Source: Candidatus Omnitrophota bacterium (GTDB taxonomy: Bacteria; Omnitrophota; Omnitrophia; Omnitrophales; JACROU01). Taken from it: a stretch of 64,000 nt of DNA. Under the pieces are notes generated by a model, which was given only the letters and a program-made list of their open reading frames with translations, had not been told where the DNA came from and did not search any database. The DNA is taken from NCBI GenBank assembly GCA_029261035.1, contig JAJDCD010000004.1, positions 132,765 to 196,764 of the forward strand. Reading direction: 5' to 3'. A program made the translations under genes and the position numbers. Below, piece after piece: positions 49,063 through 58,330 of this stretch. Each line of letters begins with the position of its first letter. The first letter of the stretch is position 1.

Positions 49063-49136
49063 GAGGAGCCTAGCGACGAAGAATCTCTTTGTCTAAGATC
49101 CTTCACTCCGTTCAGGATGACAAAAAACTAAAAACT
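49063..49136 (+). repeat. two-hairpin intergenic element (GTCATTCTGAGG..GAAGAATCT..AGATCCTTCACTSCGTTCAGGATGACA), copy A
   Basis: Near-identical architecture and stems to 59957-60033. The first hairpin also occurs in inverted orientation at 42921-42965. Confidence 0.65.
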
Positions 49137-49141
49137 CTGTC

Positions 49142-51295
49142 TTATAAATTAGAAATACAAGAAAGATCCGCAACCGAATCAACGTAAAGAGAGTTAATCT
49201 TTCTCAATAACGCCTGTCGATTCGCCCGCACTTTTTGATCTTCTGCATTCACAAGCACTCCATCAAAAAATTGATGAATCGGCTCATAAAAAATATCTCC
49301 ATAAAACTCAGTTGCCTCAGCATAGTGCTTACCGACAAGTTTTTCTTTAAACTGAGCTTCATTGGATTCAAACACTTCAAACAACTGCTTCTCTAAATTT
49401 TCTTGAAGCAACTCTTTCTTAATTTGGGTTGGAATCTCATCTTTAACACCTTTGAGAATTCGCCCCGTTCTTTCTACAACCTTGGCAGCTCGTGTGAACT
49501 TGCCTGTTTGCTTCTTAGCATATTTGTTCAGAAGTTCGAATTTCTGATACACATCGCTCAAATCATCAAACCCCGTCTCCAAAATCGCTTGCAAGATTTC
49601 GTAAGACTGCGTTCCTGATTTTGCTTCCAGCTCATAAACCAAACGTTCTTTAATAAAGGAGTTTAGCTTCTTCCCTGTCTCCGCATTAAACTCAGAAACT
49701 TTATTTCCATAAAGCTCTTTCGCCTTTTCGATCAATGCCAATAAAGAAAAAGAAAAACCAAATGCACGAATGGTTTTAACAACACCCCCACAAGCACGTC
49801 TCAGCGCATACGGATCCTGGCTTCCCGTTGGGATTAACCCAGAACCAAAAGCCCCTACTAATGTATCTAATTTTTCAATTATGGCTAACAGAGCACCCGT
49901 AGAATTCATTTGTTTCTTTAATGCAGAAAAACTTAAATTCAGACTCTTAGGCCAATAATGGGCATCAATGGCCTTGGCTACTTCCGATCTTTCCTTACTG
50001 AAGGTAGCATATTCTGCCCCCATCACACCTTGAAGTTCAGGGAATTCAAACACCATCGAAGTAACTAAATCTGCCTTACACAGCTCGGCAGCACGGACCA
50101 AATCTTGTTTCTCTTGCTCTGAGATACCAATAGAATCTGATAAGAATAAAGCAAGTTGCTTTAAACGTCCAGTCTTTTCGTAGACCGTTCCCAGTTTCCC
50201 TAAAAAGACAATTCCTTTAAGCTTAGACACCTTATTTTCCAAGGGTTCGCGCGTATCTTCCTGATAAAAAAACTGAGCGTCTCTCAAACGACTTTCAAGC
50301 ACATTTTGATAGTCTGCAGAGACCTTTTTTGCATTCTTTCTTTTTCCATTCAAAACAGCCACAAACTCTGGCACCAACTTACCTTTTGTGGAGAAACAAG
50401 CAAAAATTTTCTGGTTCTTTTTCATACAGGTTGAAAGCACCTGACTCGGCAGCTTGAGGAAGCTTTTATCAAACGATCCCGAACAAGCAAATGGCTCTTC
50501 GACCAGATCCGTAATTTCTTCAACCAGCCCCGCGTCAAAGTAATCCGCATTCCACGATTTCTTCTTTGCCAGTTGGTTAATTTGTTTTACCACCAAAGAG
50601 CGTCTTTCTTTACGATTCAAAATAACGTGATTTTTCTTAAGAAGCTTTTCATATTCTGCAATGCGCTTCACTTTAAACTCTTTTGGAGAAAGAAAACGAT
50701 GCCCTCGGGACACATTCCCCGTTTTAACTCCTGCAAACTCAAAAGGAACCACTTTATCTTTATATAAAGACAACAACCAACGCACAGGTCGTGTAAAACG
50801 AATTCCTGTTTCTTCCCACCGCATATTTTTAGAAAAAGGTAGCTTTTGAATCAATGTCTTTAACAACTCTGGCACAATCGCTGTGGATTTTTTAGATGAC
50901 TCAGAGACACGTGCAATAATGTACGTTCCCTTGTCTGTTTTTTCTTGAGTTGTTTTTGCTAGGGTTACACCTTTGGATTGAAGAAAACCTTGAAGCGCTT
51001 TTGTTGGCTTTCCATCTGCATCAAAGGCTTTATCAACAGAAGGCCCTCTATGTACTTTATCGGATACCTTTTGCTTATCAGAAACACCCTCAAACAAAAA
51101 TACAATTCGACGGGGCGTTGTATTAATCTGTAATGAGGAGTACTCCAAACGATACTCTTGAAACAAATCGCTCGCTAACTTCTCCCAAGCTCCCGATGTT
51201 ACGAAACGCCAATGACTGAGAGGAAGTTCTTCAACTCCGATTTCCAGTAACAAACGATTACTCTCTGATTTTAATATTTTCTTTTTGTCTGCCAT
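49142..51295 (-). CDS. glyS: glycine--tRNA ligase beta subunit
   Basis: GlyS-like length and motifs. Start placed at the MADKKK Met (ATG at 51293-51295), which shares 1 nt with the glyQ stop (TAATG). The track ORF extends spuriously to 51370. Confidence 0.8.
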   Translation of the reverse strand: MADKKKILKSESNRLLLEIGVEELPLSHWRFVTSGAWEKLASDLFQEYRLEYSSLQINTTPRRIVFLFEGVSDKQKVSDKVHRGPSVDKAFDADGKPTKALQGFLQSKGVTLAKTTQEKTDKGTYIIARVSESSKKSTAIVPELLKTLIQKLPFSKNMRWEETGIRFTRPVRWLLSLYKDKVVPFEFAGVKTGNVSRGHRFLSPKEFKVKRIAEYEKLLKKNHVILNRKERRSLVVKQINQLAKKKSWNADYFDAGLVEEITDLVEEPFACSGSFDKSFLKLPSQVLSTCMKKNQKIFACFSTKGKLVPEFVAVLNGKRKNAKKVSADYQNVLESRLRDAQFFYQEDTREPLENKVSKLKGIVFLGKLGTVYEKTGRLKQLALFLSDSIGISEQEKQDLVRAAELCKADLVTSMVFEFPELQGVMGAEYATFSKERSEVAKAIDAHYWPKSLNLSFSALKKQMNSTGALLAIIEKLDTLVGAFGSGLIPTGSQDPYALRRACGGVVKTIRAFGFSFSLLALIEKAKELYGNKVSEFNAETGKKLNSFIKERLVYELEAKSGTQSYEILQAILETGFDDLSDVYQKFELLNKYAKKQTGKFTRAAKVVERTGRILKGVKDEIPTQIKKELLQENLEKQLFEVFESNEAQFKEKLVGKHYAEATEFYGDIFYEPIHQFFDGVLVNAEDQKVRANRQALLRKINSLYVDSVADLSCISNL

Positions 51296-52194
51296 TACTT
51301 TTTCTTCTTCCCTGACTTTAGTAACGGGAATCCTAACACACGTCTTTTTTCTAAATAGGCCTCTGCACATCCTTTGGCAATACCTCTAACACGTCCAATA
51401 TAGCGGGGCCGTTCAGTAACACTAATAGCACCACGGGCATCCAAAAGATTAAACGCGTGTGACGCTTTCATACAAAAGTCATAGGCGGGTAAAACAAGAT
51501 TTTTTTCTAAAATACGTTTTGCTTCCGATTCGTACTCATCAAAGTGACGCAACAACATCTCGACATTGGCCTCTTCAAAATTAAAAGCGGAGAACTCTTT
51601 CTCCCCTTCTAAATGAACATCGCCATAAGTTTCTTTTCCATTCCAATCAATATCGAACATCGAATCTCTGTTTTGAAGAAACATCGCAATCCGTTCTAAA
51701 CCATATGTAATTTCTATGGGGATCACTTCCAAATCAATACCACCGCATTGTTGAAAATAAGTAAACTGCGTAATTTCTAAACTATCAATCCAAACTTCCC
51801 AACCTAAACCCCAAGCCCCTAAAGTTGGAGACTCCCAGTCATCTTCCACGAAACGTAAATCAAATTCATCCACGTTAATTCCAATATAACGAAGGCTTTC
51901 TAAATAAAGTTCCTGAATGTTTTTTGGAGAGGGTTTTAGAATTACTTGATATTGATAATAGTGTTGTGTTCTCAGTGGGTTCTCACCATAACGCCCATCC
52001 GTAGGACGACGCGAAGGTTCCACATAAGCGGCACTCCAAGGTTCCGGACCTAATGCACGTAAAAAAGTATGTGGAGAGAATGTTCCCGCACCTTTTTCCA
52101 TATCATAAGGCTGTACAACGAGACACCCTTGGCGGGACCAAAACTGGTTTAACCGCTGAATCAGATCTTGAAAAGAAATAGTTTTTGTAGGCAT
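51295..52194 (-). CDS. glyQ: glycine--tRNA ligase alpha subunit
   Basis: 299 aa with a highly conserved GlyQ core ([24 protein letters not shown]). Confidence 0.9.
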   Translation of the reverse strand: MPTKTISFQDLIQRLNQFWSRQGCLVVQPYDMEKGAGTFSPHTFLRALGPEPWSAAYVEPSRRPTDGRYGENPLRTQHYYQYQVILKPSPKNIQELYLESLRYIGINVDEFDLRFVEDDWESPTLGAWGLGWEVWIDSLEITQFTYFQQCGGIDLEVIPIEITYGLERIAMFLQNRDSMFDIDWNGKETYGDVHLEGEKEFSAFNFEEANVEMLLRHFDEYESEAKRILEKNLVLPAYDFCMKASHAFNLLDARGAISVTERPRYIGRVRGIAKGCAEAYLEKRRVLGFPLLKSGKKKK

Positions 52195-52371
52195 AAGAGC
52201 CAGCTATTCTAGCAAAAAGCACCTCTCAAATCAAGAGGACTAAGCCCTTTTGAACTCAAGACTTACACAGGGCTTTAATTCCCATTTTTATAAAAAAGAG
52301 GTGGTTCGGGTTTTATCCTCTACCACCTCTTTAACTGGGAAAACTCTAATCGTTAAGAAAATATGTTCAAT

Positions 52372-52662
52372 TTACACGCGAATCTGGCTTTTAATCCTCT
52401 CAAAGGTCTTGGGGCCAATACCCTTTACATTGACGATTTCGTCAATAGAATCAAAGGTTTGATAGACCCTTCGATACTCCAGAATCCGATCCGCGTACTT
52501 AGGACCAATACCCGTAATTTGCTGCAATTCTTCCTTTGTGGCTGTATTGATATTGATCTGGGTTCCTTCAGGTTGAGGGATTTCCTCTGCATTTACTGAG
52601 GACACCCCCATCAAGGCCACCAGACCCAAACAGACTAGAATTAGCTTACTTCGATTCATCAC
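52372..52662 (-). CDS. comEA: ComEA-like helix-hairpin-helix DNA-binding protein with signal peptide
   Basis: Signal peptide plus two HhH motifs (LQQITGIGPKYADRILEYR; VNVKGIGPKTFERI). Confidence 0.7.
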   Translation of the reverse strand: MMNRSKLILVCLGLVALMGVSSVNAEEIPQPEGTQININTATKEELQQITGIGPKYADRILEYRRVYQTFDSIDEIVNVKGIGPKTFERIKSQIRV

Positions 52663-52799
52663 ACCGTTCTCCTTTCGTATTAGAGTAAAAGGAGCTTAAT
52701 TCATTATTGATTTATTGTCAATATTTAATTTAATATACTAAATATTCATATTTTGCGCTTTTTGTTTTTATTTTTCCCAATCATGTCTATTGCTTAAAC

Positions 52800-52842
52800 A
52801 GATCGATAGCGCTATAATCTTTTCACTTTGGAGGAAGTAAAT
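52800..52842 (+). promoter_or_regulatory. putative promoter/RBS for the XRE regulator gene
   Basis: TATAAT at 52813-52818 and GGAGGAAG at 52830-52837 ahead of an in-frame TTG at 52843. Confidence 0.35.
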
Positions 52843-53391
52843 TTGGATATCGGTTTTCGCATTCGACAAGTTAGGAAAGAAAAAAACATCACTCTTGTTG
52901 AGCTTTCTAAATCAACAGATGTTGCTCAAGCCACTCTCTCTCGTATTGAAACTGGAGATATGACGGGGACTTTAGAGTGTCATAGTAAAGTTGCCAACTC
53001 TCTCGGTATGAGTTTGAGCGAACTTTATGAAGGTATCGATAACCGTTCTGCTAAAACCAAGATTACCAAAAATGGAACTGCCGAACTTCTTTCTAAAAGT
53101 ACGGATCAAATCCGCAGCGAAATTTTAACTTCAAAAGCTTTAAAGAAAAAACTCCTCCCTATCAAAACAACTCTTAAACCAAATTCAAAGTCCGAACCTG
53201 AAAAGGCTGAGAAAGCGACTGAGAAATTTGTTTATTGTACAGAAGGTCAAATCACGGTTTATCTCAATAATGAAGGTCATGATTTAGAAACGGAAGAAAG
53301 TATTTATTTTGATGGGTCTTTACCACACAGCTTCGAAAACAAAACCGCTAAGGTTGCAAAACTCATTAGCGTTACTTCTCCACCCGCGTAA
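52843..53391 (+). CDS. XRE-family HTH transcriptional regulator with C-terminal cupin domain
   Basis: N-terminal HTH_XRE (IGFRIRQVRKEKNITLVELSKSTDVAQATLSRIETG) and a C-terminal cupin-like region. Start is TTG at 52843 or 52828 (non-ATG). Confidence 0.65.
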   Translation: MDIGFRIRQVRKEKNITLVELSKSTDVAQATLSRIETGDMTGTLECHSKVANSLGMSLSELYEGIDNRSAKTKITKNGTAELLSKSTDQIRSEILTSKALKKKLLPIKTTLKPNSKSEPEKAEKATEKFVYCTEGQITVYLNNEGHDLETEESIYFDGSLPHSFENKTAKVAKLISVTSPPA

Positions 53392-53407
53392 ACTTTTTTA
53401 AATCGAA

Positions 53408-54490
53408 TTATTCCTGAGCCAAAACATTTTTATAAATTTCTAATGTTTCTTTCGCTGTTTTTTCCCAGCTAAATTCTGCAGCTTTCATTTGTCCTTTATG
53501 CACCAGCTCTTTTCTTAATTGATCATCTACGAGTATGTTTTCGATACCGATCGAGATTTCTTCTATGTCGTAAGGGTTTACTAGTTCTGCTGAGTCTTTG
53601 CCTAATTCTCCGAGACTGGAGTTGTTCGAGCAAAGCACGGGTGTTCCGCAATGAAAGGCTTCGATGAGCGGTAAACCGAATCCTTCGTACAAAGAAACAA
53701 AAGCTACCATTTCGGCTGCGCTATAAGCACAGCTGAGTATTTCGTCCGAAACGAACCCGGTGGTGATGACGTCTTCTTCTAATCCGTTTTGTTTGACGGC
53801 CTTTTCGAACTCGCTACTTCCCCATTGTTTTGCGCCGACGACTAAGAGTTTGGGGATGTCTTTTCTTCTTTTTTTGACTAGGTTAAATGCTTCGAGGAGT
53901 CGGACTAAGTTTTTTCTGGGTTCGATGGTTCCGACGCACAGGACGAAGGGGTCTGTGAGTCCTAGTTCTTTTTCTAAGATTTGTTTTGCGATATCTGTTG
54001 GTTTTTTGACGATGTTGTTGTCGGGTGCGATGTAGGTTACGGATATTTTTTCGGGTGCGATGCCTAAGTGTTCGATGAGGTCTTTTCTTGAGTTTTCGGA
54101 TACGGTGATGAGGTGGTCTGCTTTTTTAAAGCATTTTGGGAGCCATTTACTCCAGTAGTAGCGTGAGCTGAAAGACAAGTTTTGAGGAAATAGGTACCCG
54201 ATGATGTCGTGGGCTGTGATGATGACTTTTGAGTGTTTGAGTTTTTTGACGCCGAAGCCGGGGACGTGGAAGATATCAGCGTTGGATTGCTTGATTATGC
54301 GTGGCAGGGTTACTGCTTCCCAGTAGAGGCGGTTTGGGGTTTTTAGGTCGCCTGTGATGTTGCCGCCTACCTTTCTTAGGTCTAGGCTTGGGTCGTTGAT
54401 TTGTTCGATTGCCTTGATTAGATTGCCTACGTAACGTGGGATTCCTGTGGCGGTTCCGGTTAGGGTGTGGGTGTCTATGGTTAGGTTCAT
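53408..54490 (-). CDS. glycosyltransferase family 4 (GT1-fold)
   Basis: EGFGLPLIEAFHCGTPVLCS signature E-x7-E region. Higher GC than the genome background. Confidence 0.75.
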   Translation of the reverse strand: MNLTIDTHTLTGTATGIPRYVGNLIKAIEQINDPSLDLRKVGGNITGDLKTPNRLYWEAVTLPRIIKQSNADIFHVPGFGVKKLKHSKVIITAHDIIGYLFPQNLSFSSRYYWSKWLPKCFKKADHLITVSENSRKDLIEHLGIAPEKISVTYIAPDNNIVKKPTDIAKQILEKELGLTDPFVLCVGTIEPRKNLVRLLEAFNLVKKRRKDIPKLLVVGAKQWGSSEFEKAVKQNGLEEDVITTGFVSDEILSCAYSAAEMVAFVSLYEGFGLPLIEAFHCGTPVLCSNNSSLGELGKDSAELVNPYDIEEISIGIENILVDDQLRKELVHKGQMKAAEFSWEKTAKETLEIYKNVLAQE

Positions 54491-54500
54491 TTTTTGGCCG

Positions 54501-54734
54501 CTATTTCGTTAATTGTATAGCAGCTGATGTCGCTGCTATCAGTATTAGAATTAAAAGGATTATGTATTTTCCTTTGTTTAGCTGGCGTTCTTGTTTTTTT
54601 AGCCAGCTTTTTACGATGGTTTGTTTTTTGTCGGAATACTCGCCTTTTGTTAGGCGGGCTTCGACTGCTTCTTTGCCTAGGAGTTTTAGGCTCTTTTCGA
54701 ATTCTTTCCAGTAGTGGGTATCTTCGTGTTCCAT
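54501..54734 (-). CDS. small tail-anchored membrane protein (hypothetical)
   Basis: 77 aa with a C-terminal TM helix IILLILILIAATSAAI. Co-directional with and immediately upstream of the GT gene. Other overlapping ORFs in 54436-54946 were rejected. Confidence 0.4.
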   Translation of the reverse strand: MEHEDTHYWKEFEKSLKLLGKEAVEARLTKGEYSDKKQTIVKSWLKKQERQLNKGKYIILLILILIAATSAAIQLTK

Positions 54735-54896
54735 GGTTATCCTCTTCGCTTTGCATGGGATTTAACGTTGGGGGTATTATACAGGAAGTGGGGGGATTTG
54801 GCACGAGTGGGGTGGTTGTTCGGTTCCCTTTGTCATCTTTGGCTTGGTTGGGGATCTGGGGGTTTTGGAGTGGTATACTTTTAGTAGAGGACGAAA

Positions 54897-55553
54897 ATGG
54901 GAAATACAATAAAAATCAAAAAACATCCTACAAAAAACAATCCTAATTATTTTTTAATAGATTCAGACTTTTTTGTTAATAGATACCTATCTAAACATTT
55001 GTCATATTTAAACCTAAACTCGGGAAATAGTGGTGAAGAATCAATAGAAAAAAGTGCTTTATGGTGGAATGAAATTAATTCTCAGCTAAAAAATGAAATA
55101 GCTTATCTATTTATTCCAAATGTTTGCATTTCAGAGACATTTAAAGTCCTAGCTAAAAGACAATACGACAAAGATGAAAAAATCATTAAGAAATATAAAT
55201 ATTACAAGGAGTTAATCGATGAAATTTCAGAAGATCTTCATGTCAACCCTAAACTTCCCGAAACACAGAAGAAAAAACAAAGAATTCATGACCTAGAAAC
55301 AAACCGTGATATTGTTATTGGAACAGATAGATTTTTAAGGTTAATAATGAAAAATGGTTATAAAACAATATCAACATTTGATTTAATGTTGCTAGTTCAT
55401 GGAAAGTTGCTTTTGAAACATTACAACTTTAATAAGAGAAATCTCTTTATTATTACAGGAGATAAAACGCTATACAATGCCTCTAAACCATTTCCTGATA
55501 TTCCACGAGTATGCTGTCCTAACATAAACTCATTTGATAGTTCATTCGATTAA
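54897..55553 (+). CDS. PIN-domain nuclease-like protein
   Basis: Acidic quartet in canonical PIN order: FLIDSDFF, ISETF, HDLETNRD, TFDLML and FIITGDKT (T-x-D). About 30% GC. Confidence 0.5.
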   Translation: MGNTIKIKKHPTKNNPNYFLIDSDFFVNRYLSKHLSYLNLNSGNSGEESIEKSALWWNEINSQLKNEIAYLFIPNVCISETFKVLAKRQYDKDEKIIKKYKYYKELIDEISEDLHVNPKLPETQKKKQRIHDLETNRDIVIGTDRFLRLIMKNGYKTISTFDLMLLVHGKLLLKHYNFNKRNLFIITGDKTLYNASKPFPDIPRVCCPNINSFDSSFD

Positions 55554-55643
55554 ACCCAACGCATTCAATTTTAAAGGTTTAATACCAAAATCGAATTCTA
55601 GATAGATTGGATACGTAGTTTACGAGCGTTAAAACAATAACTG

Positions 55644-58058
55644 CTAAAATGGTAAAGAAGATTTATTTTTAAGTAAATAATATTTTGCATGTGCAATCAA
55701 GAAAACCTTGTTTCTAAAGAAAAAGAACCTTTTTTCTCCTAACTTCTTTTTCAAAATCTTAACATCATCGAATGGTTTATCGGCCTTTTTATCATAACCT
55801 AGCATGTAACTCTTATTAAACAAAGTCTCTATTAGCTTCTCTTTTTTTAACTGATTAAACTTAAACTCTCTAAGAATCTTGATAAATTTCCTATACTCAA
55901 TCTGCTTACCATGATACTCTTGCAACCTTGTAAGAATTTCGGATATTTCTGGAAACTCAGCCCTTGTTTCTGCTATTAAATTATTATTCAAAAACTCTGT
56001 ATAACTTGTAATAGCATATTTTAAGTCCTTTCTATCTACTTTGTGATTGCCATTATTGATAGCAGACTCGAATAACTTTGCAACAAAATATATTAAGTCT
56101 CTTGGACGCTTCGTAATAATCTCCTGTATTATTTCAAAAGGGTGCCTTTTCTCTTTAAAGTTAAAAAATTCCCTCCATGCTTTTTTTTCTAACAATTCAC
56201 TGTCGGACTCATCCAATTTTAATATATGCGCAAATCTATTCTCAATTAACTTTTTTAATAGGCCCGGATAATCTTCCCAGTTTATATAGTGAGCCATAAG
56301 AACTAACTTATCAGGCTCTGCTACCTCGTTGCGAATATAGTTGAATATATCTTCTCTTAAAAAAATAATTTGTTTAACCTCAACCTGAGAATCTTTACTA
56401 AGTAATTCTTTTTGTATTTTATTTTCTATCTCTAATAAAGTACTCATCATCTCTGATTGTATTTTAAGATCATTTTTGGGATCCCAAGTCTTATCTAAAT
56501 TGTCTGCTAAAACAATCACTTTATAGTATTTTTTTCTAATTGATGTAAAGTAATTACGCAAACATGCAGTTAATGGCGAAAGGTATTCTTTAAAAAGAGT
56601 CTCCATGACCTCGGGACCGGAAATCTCCCTTGAATTTGTTCTTCTAACATTAACTTCTCGAACAACTCCAAAAAAGTTAAGCTTAGTGAACTCTTCATTT
56701 TTTTCTACAAAATTTATTATAGCTTCCTCCTCATCAGTCATTGTTACACTATTTTTTTCATCAAGTATACGCTCCACAATAGAAATAGCTAGTTTTGAAA
56801 AAATTACTAATTTCCACACAGCAACAAAAAAGCTTATTCTAGAAGAATCAAATAGTTTGGACAGCTGAATGTCATCAAGCAATTCATCAGACTCAGGTTT
56901 CAAACTAACAATATAATTATTTTTTTCTTCTGGCAAATCATCAGATAATTTGATGTAGATAGCAGATTTTCCACTACCTTTTCGCCCAACAACAATCGAC
57001 TTTTTATAATTTAATGCTTTTTGATATGAAGCAGTATTAACAAAATAACTTAAGAGTTCCCGACTCTCATTCTCTGCTATGTCACACCCAATACCCAACT
57101 CGATTAAATTTGTTTCATGTTCTATGATTTCACTCTTCTCTTGCGTTGTATCAAAAGCTAGTTGTTTGTCCAACCAAGGACTAATAAATTCCTTTATTTC
57201 ATCAGAAATTTCATAAGTAACCAAAATATCATGGTAATCTAAAGGTGGTTTGAACTTTGCAGGTGCAAGCAACAAAACATCACATCCCCATCCACAAGCA
57301 ACTCCAGCATAAAAAGCATTTTTTGCGTTTTCCATAAATGAATTTTGATAATTCTCTCCTAAAAGATGAATAAGAACCACTCTTGCCTTTAAAAGGTTCT
57401 GAAAATACCAAGTTAATGTTTGATATTTAATTTCAGATAAATCATCTGCAACAAGAGATAGTGACTTATTGTCTTTATAATCAATAATATGGTCCGTAAG
57501 CTCTATTGAATCTTGAGTTGCAAGTTTACTTTGAATATAAAATATGTCTGTACTTTTAGAGGTTAGATTTTTAAAATTCACAAACTTATTTAAAAGATTA
57601 TTTTCAAAGCTTTTTTGCTGAAGGGCTTTCTGGATACAATATGAATTTTTAAAAGGTATATAACGAATATCTTTTAGAATAAATTCTTTGTAAATCTTAT
57701 TGGGAAACCCAAGCTCATTATTAACACTAATATTTTCATTAATTAAGATTAGAATATATTTATTTTTTGCTATAGCATATCCAAGCTCAAACAAAACATT
57801 GTGATTAAAATACGTCAGATCACACACAAAAACTTCACTTCCGTCAATTGCTGAAAGGATTTCCTTACTAATTGTAGTTGTTTGTTTATATTCCTCCCAA
57901 CTTCTAGCTTTATAAGTTTTTTGGTGTTGATTAAAGGCTTCAATCGCCTTTTTAATTGATTCAACATTGTTATCAGCTAACCCATTAGAACGTCCTTGAT
58001 AAGCAAAAAATATTTTTTTTTGTGGTAATTCAGAATTTTTTGATACCATTATTACCAA
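55644..58058 (-). CDS. tandem NDT/TIR-like Rossmannoid domains fused to a P-loop NTPase (candidate defence/conflict protein)
   Basis: Residues about 15-110 KIFFAYQG...EVFVCDLTYFNHNVLFELGYAIAKNKYILIL (nucleoside 2-deoxyribosyltransferase-like FE(L/I)GYA motif). Second degenerate copy ...NAFYAGVACGWGCDVLLLAPAKF. Walker A VVGRKGSGKSAIYI and candidate Walker B YKVIVLADNLD. About 400 aa helical C-terminus. About 29% GC. Confidence 0.55.
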   Translation of the reverse strand: MVIMVSKNSELPQKKIFFAYQGRSNGLADNNVESIKKAIEAFNQHQKTYKARSWEEYKQTTTISKEILSAIDGSEVFVCDLTYFNHNVLFELGYAIAKNKYILILINENISVNNELGFPNKIYKEFILKDIRYIPFKNSYCIQKALQQKSFENNLLNKFVNFKNLTSKSTDIFYIQSKLATQDSIELTDHIIDYKDNKSLSLVADDLSEIKYQTLTWYFQNLLKARVVLIHLLGENYQNSFMENAKNAFYAGVACGWGCDVLLLAPAKFKPPLDYHDILVTYEISDEIKEFISPWLDKQLAFDTTQEKSEIIEHETNLIELGIGCDIAENESRELLSYFVNTASYQKALNYKKSIVVGRKGSGKSAIYIKLSDDLPEEKNNYIVSLKPESDELLDDIQLSKLFDSSRISFFVAVWKLVIFSKLAISIVERILDEKNSVTMTDEEEAIINFVEKNEEFTKLNFFGVVREVNVRRTNSREISGPEVMETLFKEYLSPLTACLRNYFTSIRKKYYKVIVLADNLDKTWDPKNDLKIQSEMMSTLLEIENKIQKELLSKDSQVEVKQIIFLREDIFNYIRNEVAEPDKLVLMAHYINWEDYPGLLKKLIENRFAHILKLDESDSELLEKKAWREFFNFKEKRHPFEIIQEIITKRPRDLIYFVAKLFESAINNGNHKVDRKDLKYAITSYTEFLNNNLIAETRAEFPEISEILTRLQEYHGKQIEYRKFIKILREFKFNQLKKEKLIETLFNKSYMLGYDKKADKPFDDVKILKKKLGEKRFFFFRNKVFLIAHAKYYLLKNKSSLPF

Positions 58059-58233
58059 TCTCCATTAATAAATTATTTTTACAGTCCTTCAGTTGTTGCA
58101 GCCTCTGGGCTCAGTTGTTGAATGTTAAAAAAACATTCACTAAACTTTTAACTTATAACTCTCTATTCCTTTTATATTCTTAGAAATAAATTTTGTCAAG
58201 GAATCAAGTTTTTCTGAGGGTATTTTCAAGCCT

Positions 58234-58260
58234 GGATTCCCACCTTCACGGGAATGACAA
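58234..58260 (+). repeat. REP-like hairpin (GGATTCCCACCTTCACGGGAATGACAA)
   Basis: Family member with the CCTGGATTCCC lead-in. Confidence 0.55.
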
Positions 58261-58330
58261 TTGTCTTGGATTCAGTCGTTAAATATCTAATTATACCTCT
58301 TCCCCCTCCTAAGTACGTTATAATTGGGTT

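Noticed and set aside
54436-54946. Overlapping ORFs 54436-54714(+), 54487-54909(-) and 54527-54946(+)
   Set aside because: They are mutually exclusive with the 77-aa tail-anchored protein ORF, which alone matches the A/C-rich coding-strand pattern of the adjacent GT gene. The rest is probably a divergent promoter region.
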